From: Xanthobacteraceae bacterium
GTDB taxonomy: Bacteria > Pseudomonadota > Alphaproteobacteria > Rhizobiales > Xanthobacteraceae
NCBI GenBank assembly: GCA_031291475.1
Contig: JARLIY010000171.1
Coordinates: 120,920-184,919, forward strand
DNA: 64,000 nt
Direction: 5' to 3'
Part shown: positions 56,112-64,000 of the stretch, piece after piece
How positions within the stretch are numbered: position 1 is the stretch's first letter
Layout: each line of letters begins with the position of its first letter
Position numbers and translations under genes: made by a program
Notes under the pieces: generated by a model
Told to the model about the DNA's origin: nothing
The model's database searches: none
The model's input: only the letters and a program-made list of their open reading frames with translations

Positions 56112-57112
56112 TGGCGCCGTTCACCGCCGCAATGTCGGGCCGCGGCGCCGTGCTGCTTACTTTATTGTTCGCCGCCTTGCTGGCGGCGCCGTGGATCGTC
56201 AACGATTACCTGCTCACCGTCCTCATCATCATTCTTTATTTCGCCTATGCCGGGCAGGCCTGGAACATCATGATGGGCTTTGCCGGACAACTTTCGCTCG
56301 GGCATGCGATCTATCTCGGGCTCGGCGGCTACGTGGCGGCGATGTTGTTCACTCTGTACGGCGTTGCGCCGTGGCTCGGGCTGCTGGCGGCCATTCCGGT
56401 CGCCGCCGCCTGCGGCGCGGTAATCGGCTTCCTCGCCTTCCGCTTCCGCGTCGCCGGCGTCTACTTCGCGATCCTCACCATCGCCTTCGCCGAATTCGCC
56501 CGCATCGGTTTCGACAACTGGAACTTCGTCAACGCCTCGAGCGGGCTGTTCCTGCCGGTCAGGCAATACGCCCACGACGACCTTTGGCGGCTGCGCGGCG
56601 ATCCGACGATGTTCTACTACGTAATCCTCTGCGCGACCGCCGTCGTCTTCCTGCTCTGCCATTTTTTGCTGAAGAGCCGCATCGGCTATTTCTGGCTCGC
56701 CATCCGCGAGGACGAGCAGGCGGCGCGCGCGACCGGCATCGACACGTTCCGCTACAAGATGATCGCGGTCATGATATCTGCGGCGGTGACGTCGTTCGCT
56801 GGCGTATTCTATGCGTTCTTCTACAACAACCTGTTCCCCGAGCAGGTGTTCAGCATCGTTCGCTCCATCGAGATCATCCTCGGGCCGATCATCGGCGGGG
56901 TCGGTACGCTGTTCGGCCCGATCCTCGGCGCCTTCGTGCTCACCGGATTGGCCGAAGCGCTCAATTCCGCCATGACCGCGTTCGGCGTCGATTTGCCGGG
57001 GGCGAAACAGGTTTTCTACGGCATCTGCCTGCTGATCGTCATCGTCGCGCTGCCGGAGGGGGTCTGGCCGCCGCTCGCGCGGTTGCTCGGCGTCAAGTGG
57101 TCGGGCCGATGA
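56108..57112 (+). CDS. livM: Branched-chain amino acid-type ABC transporter permease (LivM-like)
   Basis: GQLSLGHA motif; ATGA overlaps on both sides. Confidence 0.8.
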   Translation: MMAPFTAAMSGRGAVLLTLLFAALLAAPWIVNDYLLTVLIIILYFAYAGQAWNIMMGFAGQLSLGHAIYLGLGGYVAAMLFTLYGVAPWLGLLAAIPVAAACGAVIGFLAFRFRVAGVYFAILTIAFAEFARIGFDNWNFVNASSGLFLPVRQYAHDDLWRLRGDPTMFYYVILCATAVVFLLCHFLLKSRIGYFWLAIREDEQAARATGIDTFRYKMIAVMISAAVTSFAGVFYAFFYNNLFPEQVFSIVRSIEIILGPIIGGVGTLFGPILGAFVLTGLAEALNSAMTAFGVDLPGAKQVFYGICLLIVIVALPEGVWPPLARLLGVKWSGR

Positions 57113-57831
57113 CCGCGCTGCTTTCGCTCGAAGCGGTCGGCAAGCGCTTTCGCGGCCTGGTCGCGGTCGATCAGGTCAGTTTCGCCGTGCCGCAAGGCGC
57201 GATCTTCGCCGTCATCGGACCGAACGGCGCCGGCAAGACCACGTTGTTCAACATGATCGCCGGCGCGATGGCGCCGGACGCGGGCGCCATCGTCTTCGCC
57301 GGCGAGCGCCTCGACGGCCTGCCCGCCGATACGATCTGCCGGCGCGGCATCGCCCGCACCTTCCAGATCGTGCGGCCGTTTCCGGCGCTGAGCGTCGAGG
57401 ACAACGTCATCGTCGGCGCGCTTTTGCACCGCCGCGACGTCGGTGCGGCGCGCGCGCAGGCGCACGAACTCTTGCGCCGGCTCGATTTGTTCGACCAGCG
57501 CCACCGCATCGCCTCGACGCTGACGCTGCCGGATCGCAAGCGCCTGGAAGTCGCCCGCGCGCTCGCCACGGGGCCGCGGCTGCTGCTGCTCGACGAGGTG
57601 ATGGCCGGGTTGCGGCCGACCGAGACCGACCGCATGGTCGCGATCCTGCAAGCGCTCAACCGCGACGGACTGACGATCCTCTTGATCGAGCACGTCATGC
57701 GCGCGGTGATGGCGCTTGCTTCCCGCGTGCTGGTGCTCGATCACGGCGTCGCCATCGCCGAGGGCGCGCCGGAAGCGATCGTGCGCGATCCGGCGGTGGT
57801 GCAATCTTATCTCGGCGCCGAGGCGGTGTGA
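57109..57831 (+). CDS. livG: ABC transporter ATP-binding protein (LivG-like)
   Basis: GPNGAGKTTLFN Walker A, LLLLDEVMAGL Walker B. The frame was taken from inside the 56191-57831 track ORF. Confidence 0.85.
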   Translation: MTALLSLEAVGKRFRGLVAVDQVSFAVPQGAIFAVIGPNGAGKTTLFNMIAGAMAPDAGAIVFAGERLDGLPADTICRRGIARTFQIVRPFPALSVEDNVIVGALLHRRDVGAARAQAHELLRRLDLFDQRHRIASTLTLPDRKRLEVARALATGPRLLLLDEVMAGLRPTETDRMVAILQALNRDGLTILLIEHVMRAVMALASRVLVLDHGVAIAEGAPEAIVRDPAVVQSYLGAEAV

Positions 57832-58535
57832 TGTTAACCGTAGAAAATCTCGACGTGTTCTACGGCGACGTGCAGGCGCTCGACGGCGTATCGCTCGATA
57901 TCGAGGAAGGTGCCATCGTCGCCATCGTCGGCGCCAATGGCGCCGGCAAGACCACGCTCATTCGCGCGCTCGCCGGCATGCAGCCGCAGGCGCAGGGCCG
58001 CGTCGTGTTCCGCGGCACCGATATTTCCGGCTGGCCGAGCCATCGCGTCTGCAATCTCGGATTGGGCCAGGTGGCGGAAGGCCGGCAGGTGTTTCCCACC
58101 TTGTCGGTCGCCGAGAATCTCGACGTCGGTGCCATAGTGCCGCGCGCCCGCGCGCAGCGCGCGCGGAACCGCGAGCGCGTGCTCGCGATGTTCCCCAAGC
58201 TTGCTGAACGCGCGCGCCAGCCGGCCGGCACGCTGTCAGGCGGCGAGCAGCAGATGCTCGCCATTGGCCGCTGCCTGATGGGCGCGCCGGCGCTGATCAT
58301 GTTCGACGAGCCTTCGCTCGGCTTGGCGCCCAATATCGTGCGCAATGTGCTCGACACCATCCGCGAGCTCAACGGCGAAGGCATCACCTGCCTTTTGGTC
58401 GAACAGAACGTCGCGCTCTCGCTTAAGCTCGCGAGCCGCGCTTATGTCCTGGAGAACGGCCGCGTGACATTGTCGGGCAGCGGCAGCGAGCTTCTCGCCG
58501 ACGACCGCGTACGCAGCGCGTATTTGGGATTGTAG
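57828..58535 (+). CDS. livF: ABC transporter ATP-binding protein (LivF-like)
   Basis: GANGAGKTTLIR, LSGGEQQML, and IMFDEPSLGLAP. Confidence 0.85.
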   Translation: MMLTVENLDVFYGDVQALDGVSLDIEEGAIVAIVGANGAGKTTLIRALAGMQPQAQGRVVFRGTDISGWPSHRVCNLGLGQVAEGRQVFPTLSVAENLDVGAIVPRARAQRARNRERVLAMFPKLAERARQPAGTLSGGEQQMLAIGRCLMGAPALIMFDEPSLGLAPNIVRNVLDTIRELNGEGITCLLVEQNVALSLKLASRAYVLENGRVTLSGSGSELLADDRVRSAYLGL

Positions 58536-58554
58536 AACTCGTGTTTGCGAGGGA

Positions 58555-58809
58555 TCAAAACGTTCGGCGCAGCCGTTCCATAATGACGGTCAGCGCCGCC
58601 ACTCGCGCGCTCAGCGGCGCCAGCGGGAATGACTGCCGCAGCCGGCCGTGGATTTCGGCGGCCGTCGGCGCCTCGATATCGGCGAACGCCGCCGCCATGG
58701 CGCGGGCCAGATCGGCTTCCGGCCGGGCGCTCAAGGTCGCCGGCACCAAGGTGACGTCGCCGTAGGGGACCGGCGGTTGCACGCGTAAGGTGATACGGCG
58801 GGCGCGCAT
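58555..58809 (-). CDS. Hypothetical protein (84 aa)
   Basis: ATG ORF downstream of the MsbA-like gene on the same strand; no family recognised. Confidence 0.35.
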   Translation of the reverse strand: MRARRITLRVQPPVPYGDVTLVPATLSARPEADLARAMAAAFADIEAPTAAEIHGRLRQSFPLAPLSARVAALTVIMERLRRTF

Positions 58810-58869
58810 GAACGGGCTCCAGAGAGGTTGCGATTCTCTCCTAACCCGCCACTTCTACGAAAGTTCCGG

Positions 58870-60705
<1,836 letters not shown>

Positions 60706-60800
60706 ACGCGATCCGTTCCTTCCGCCGCGGCCGAAATGCCTTGCCCTTTGAGCGTTCCATGCCCGGAAGAGCCGCGCTTTTCAAGCCATTTCGCGCGGCA

Positions 60801-61850
60801 TTAAGACCGCTTGGAACCCGTGGTGGCGGCCGTCACCGGCGCACGTTCCGCTGCCTGATCTGCGCGTGCCCGCCGCTTCATCAGTTCGCGCTCCCAGGCG
60901 AGCGCATGCGCGACGATGGTCGACAGATCGTCGAAGCGCGGCTGCCAGCCGAGCGCGGCGCGCGCCTGCCGCGAATCGGCGACGATGCGCGCCGGATCGC
61001 CGGCGCGGGGGCCGGCGATCTCAACCTTGAAATCGACGCCGGATAGGCGCTTGACTGTCTCGATCACTTCCAGCACCGAGAAGCCGTGACCGTAGCCGCA
61101 GTTGAGCGTCTGCGACGGCGCGCCGGCGCGCAGCCGCCGCAGCGCATCGGAATGCGCGCGGCAAAGATCGCTGACATGAATATAGTCGCGGATGCAGGAG
61201 CCGTCGGGCGTCGGATAATCGACGCCGAAAACTTCGAGCTTGTCGCGCAGCCCGAGCGCGGCCTCGACCGCGACCTTGATCAAATGCGTCGCCGCTTTGC
61301 TCGATTGCCCGGCGCGGCAGGCGGGATCGGCGCCGGCGACGTTGAAATAGCGCAGGATGACGTGACCGAGACCGTGCGCATGTGCGGCATCGCGCAGCAT
61401 GATTTCGCTCATCAGCTTCGAGGAGCCGTAGGGAGAGATCGGCTGCGTCGGCGCGTCCTCTTTCACCGGAACTTCCGCCGGATTGCCGTAAACCGCGGCG
61501 GTAGAGGAGAAGATGAAATGACGCACGCCGTTGTTCACCGCGCATTCGATCAGTGCGCGGGTGTTGACGGTGTTGTTGCGGTAATAGCCGAGCGGATCGC
61601 GCACCGATTCCGGGACCACTACCGAAGCGGCGAAGTGAATAATGGCGTCGATGCGGTGCTGGCGGATGAGCCGCGCGACCAGGGCCTGGTCGCCGCTGTC
61701 GTCGACGACCAGCGGCACGCCTTCGGCGACCGACCAGGCAAAACCGGTGGACAGGTTGTCGAGCACGACCACAGGCTCGCCGGTATCGGCGAGTTCGAGC
61801 ACCATGTGGCTGCCGATATAGCCGGCTCCGCCGGTGACCAGGACCGTCAT
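60801..61850 (-). CDS. galE: UDP-glucose 4-epimerase
   Basis: VLVTGGAGYIGSH, SPYGSSK (YxxxK), RYFNVAGA. Start at ATG 61850; the 165-codon track extension is unsupported. Confidence 0.9.
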   Translation of the reverse strand: MTVLVTGGAGYIGSHMVLELADTGEPVVVLDNLSTGFAWSVAEGVPLVVDDSGDQALVARLIRQHRIDAIIHFAASVVVPESVRDPLGYYRNNTVNTRALIECAVNNGVRHFIFSSTAAVYGNPAEVPVKEDAPTQPISPYGSSKLMSEIMLRDAAHAHGLGHVILRYFNVAGADPACRAGQSSKAATHLIKVAVEAALGLRDKLEVFGVDYPTPDGSCIRDYIHVSDLCRAHSDALRRLRAGAPSQTLNCGYGHGFSVLEVIETVKRLSGVDFKVEIAGPRAGDPARIVADSRQARAALGWQPRFDDLSTIVAHALAWERELMKRRARADQAAERAPVTAATTGSKRS

Positions 61851-61939
61851 GTGATATCCGCTCGATGACCGCTTCCTAACCCTTCCGCCATACGCCGATT
61901 TGATGAATACGGCGTTATGCCGGCACTTTATGCAAGCAT

Positions 61940-63037
61940 CTATGCTGGGACTTGCGGCCCGCGCCTCGCGGCCGCCGCCAGCGCGTCGCGCGCGGCGGCA
62001 AAGACCGTGTCCGGGCTGATGTCGCGCAGACAGCGATGGTGGCCCAGCGGGCAGACATTCTGATTGCACGGCCGGCAAGGCAGTTCGCCGTTGATCTCGA
62101 TCGCTGCGGCCAGCGGGTTGAGCGGCGCCCACAGGTCCGCAGTCATCGGACCGAAAATTCCGATCGAGGGCGTGCCCAAGGCGGCCGCGACATGAAGGAG
62201 GCCGGAATCGTTGGCGATGGCGATGCGGGCCGATGCGAGCGCTAGGATAGCGTCGCGGATATCGGTGCCGGTGAGGTCGCGCGCCTTGCTGTCGCCGATT
62301 ATCTCCGCCGCCAGCGCCTTTTCGCCCGGACCACCGAGTATCCAAACGTTGCAGCCGTCGGCGAGAAGCCGGCGGCTCAATGCGGCATAGGCGCCGGCGG
62401 GCCAGCGCCGCGCCGGTGCGACCGAGCCCGGCGCAAGCGTCACGACCGGACGATCACTCCCGAAAAGTCCGCGGTTTCTTTGCCAGGCGGCGATCGCGTC
62501 GGCAGGGACTTTCAGCTCCGGCAGCGGCCAGGCCGGCGGCAGCTTCGCATTGCGCGGCAGTGCCAGCGCCGCGCAGCGGTCGATGGTGCGCGGCAGTTTC
62601 CACTCGCCAAAACGCACATCGTTGAGCAGCAGCAAACGGCCTTCGCCGAAAAATCCAGTGCGTTCGGTAATGCCGGCGAGGAAGGGCGCGAGCGCCGACT
62701 TCCAGGTCCGCGGCATGACCAGCGCGCGGCCATAGCCTTCGCGCCTGAGACGCGCGGCAAGCTTGAACTGCTGCGCCAGCGCGATGCGGCCGCGCGGCAG
62801 ATCGGCAACGATCGCTTGCCGAACGCCGGGCATGTAATCGGCTAGCGGCGCGCACAATGTCGTCGCCAGCATGTCAATCGGCCGCGCGGGAAAGCGCTGG
62901 CGCAGCAGCGTCACCACCGAATGGCAGCGAACGAAATCGCCGACCCACATATAGGGCACAAGCAGGATCGGCCGGGCGTCGTCGCCGTCGCTCGTGGCAT
63001 GTAGTTGTGAACTATTATTCATTATTATACTGAACAA
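61940..63037 (-). CDS. waaF: ADP-heptose:LPS heptosyltransferase II
   Basis: GT9 features: ILLVPYMWVGDFV, FFGEGR, NDSGLLHVAAALGTP, and a Cys-rich C-terminus CRPCNQNVCPLGHHRC. The exact start is uncertain. Confidence 0.82.
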   Translation of the reverse strand: MFSIIMNNSSQLHATSDGDDARPILLVPYMWVGDFVRCHSVVTLLRQRFPARPIDMLATTLCAPLADYMPGVRQAIVADLPRGRIALAQQFKLAARLRREGYGRALVMPRTWKSALAPFLAGITERTGFFGEGRLLLLNDVRFGEWKLPRTIDRCAALALPRNAKLPPAWPLPELKVPADAIAAWQRNRGLFGSDRPVVTLAPGSVAPARRWPAGAYAALSRRLLADGCNVWILGGPGEKALAAEIIGDSKARDLTGTDIRDAILALASARIAIANDSGLLHVAAALGTPSIGIFGPMTADLWAPLNPLAAAIEINGELPCRPCNQNVCPLGHHRCLRDISPDTVFAAARDALAAAARRGPQVPA

Positions 63038-63078
63038 AGATTCATTTTATTAGAGACCCACATGCGGTTTACCCAGTG

Positions 63079-63098
63079 GCGGCTATAAGCGGCTATAA
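63079..63098. promoter_or_regulatory. Tandemly duplicated 10-mer carrying -10-like boxes (TATAAG / TATAAT)
   Basis: gcggctataa occurs twice in the AT-rich waaF/hldD divergent intergenic region. Confidence 0.4.
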
Positions 63099-63147
63099 TG
63101 TTCTAATGTTTGGCCATGTGCGAGGCTGCGGCTAAACGGGTCCAAGA

Positions 63148-63186
63148 CAACGTCTCAAGTCAACCTCTCAAGCCAACCTCTTAAGC
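63148..63186. repeat. Three tandem 13-nt repeats immediately upstream of hldD
   Basis: caacgtctcaagt / caacctctcaagc / caacctcttaagc, ending 15 nt before the ATG. Confidence 0.8.
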
Positions 63187-63201
63187 GGTGTCACGGCGTC
63201 G

Positions 63202-64000
63202 ATGTTGTTGGTCACCGGCGGGGCCGGCTTCATCGGATCGAACGTGCTTGCGAGCCTCAACGAGGCCGGGCGCACCGACATTGCCGTCAACGATATCCTC
63301 GGCAGCGACGGCAAGTGGCACAATCTTTCCCACCGCCAGCTCGCGGAATTCGTGCCGCCCGCCGACCTCATGCGCTGGCTCGAGGGACGCAAGCTCGAAG
63401 CCGTGGTGCATCTCGGCGCCATCTCCTCGACCACTGCGACCGACGGCGACCTGGTCATGGAAACCAATGTGCGGCTATCGCTGCGTTTGTTCGACTGGTG
63501 CGCGGCTACCCGCACGCCTTTCATCTATGCCTCCTCGGCCGCGACCTATGGCGACGGCGCCGCCGGCTTTTCCGACGACTGGTCTTCCGGCGCGCTCAAG
63601 GCGCTCAAGCCGCTGAACCTGTACGGCTGGAGCAAGCATACGTTCGATCTCGCCGTCGTCGAACGCGTCGCGCGCAAAGACAAATTGCCGCCGCAATGGG
63701 CCGGGCTTAAATTCTTCAATGTCTTCGGTCCCAATGAATACCACAAAGGCGAGATGATGAGTCTCGTGGCCAAGCGTTTCGGCGACGCCAAGGCGGGCGA
63801 GCCGATCCGGCTGTTCAAATCGCACCGCGCCGGCATCGGCGACGGCGAGCAGAAGCGCGATTTCATCTATGTGGACGACGCGGTCGCCGTCGTGCGCTGG
63901 CTGATGGAGACGCCGTCGGTGTCGGGCATTTTCAACGTCGGGACCGGCGAGGCGCGCAGCTTCCGCGATCTGATGACGGCGATGTTCGCGGCCCTCGGCC
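63202..64000 (+). CDS. hldD: ADP-L-glycero-D-manno-heptose 6-epimerase, N-terminal about 266 aa (runs off the right edge)
   Basis: My translation from ATG 63202 reads MLLVTGGAGFIGSNVLASLNEAG...FIYASSAATYGDG...LNLYGWSKHTFD...KFFNVFGPNEYHKG...KRDFIYVDD. This frame is absent from the ORF track because it has no stop in the window. Confidence 0.88.
   Translation, partial: MLLVTGGAGFIGSNVLASLNEAGRTDIAVNDILGSDGKWHNLSHRQLAEFVPPADLMRWLEGRKLEAVVHLGAISSTTATDGDLVMETNVRLSLRLFDWCAATRTPFIYASSAATYGDGAAGFSDDWSSGALKALKPLNLYGWSKHTFDLAVVERVARKDKLPPQWAGLKFFNVFGPNEYHKGEMMSLVAKRFGDAKAGEPIRLFKSHRAGIGDGEQKRDFIYVDDAVAVVRWLMETPSVSGIFNVGTGEARSFRDLMTAMFAALG

Noticed and set aside
60801-62345. Long N-terminal extensions in the ORF track (galE 514 aa; also 36940-38853, 47449-50157, 46085-47452, 49964-50668, 28214-29494, 40018-41832, 17244-19760, 51128-52783, 26833-27441)
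   Set aside because: Family homology begins at internal ATG/GTG codons that are preceded by good Shine-Dalgarno sequences. The upstream parts are low-complexity read-through of intergenic or REP DNA, or of the neighbouring gene.
63188-63616. 142-aa track ORF at the start of the last gene
   Set aside because: It is in the wrong frame. The +1 neighbouring frame from ATG 63202 gives an unmistakable HldD/RfaD sequence that stays open to the window end.

Overview
High-GC (about 65%) chromosomal segment that looks alphaproteobacterial, with gene content and intergenic repeats resembling Bradyrhizobiaceae/Nitrobacteraceae (inference only). It is densely coding and mostly housekeeping plus catabolism. 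Housekeeping and transport genes: rpoH, an RluD-type pseudouridine synthase, tRNA-Glu(CUC), cspA, a divergent mntH/mntR pair with palindromic operators, glmM, cynS, a POT peptide transporter, and an amidase plus livHMGF-like ABC cluster. The right end carries LPS-core genes (MsbA-like exporter, galE, waaF, hldD). Catabolic genes are scattered: hpaD-like and a second extradiol dioxygenase, three FAH-family hydrolases including fumarylacetoacetase, a FAD monooxygenase, a Rieske/amidohydrolase-2 operon, and three CoxL/xanthine-dehydrogenase-family large subunits, two of them orphans. I found no rRNA, CRISPR array, transposase or integrase. Items worth a second look: (1) a 17-bp exact direct repeat of the tRNA-Glu 3' end brackets a ~7.5 kb integrase-less island with AT-richer envelope-related cargo and three decayed genes; (2) a cyclic-nucleotide membrane module made of a MlotiK1-type cNMP-gated K+ channel divergent from a small TM-CNBD protein and an unusually compact TMD-ABC ATPase; (3) at least three families of GC-rich palindromic REP/MITE-like elements, two of which exactly fill the intercistronic gaps of a coxS-coxL-monooxygenase gene string; (4) several frameshifted or truncated genes. 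Many long ORFs in the supplied track are antisense or read-through artefacts of the high GC content.
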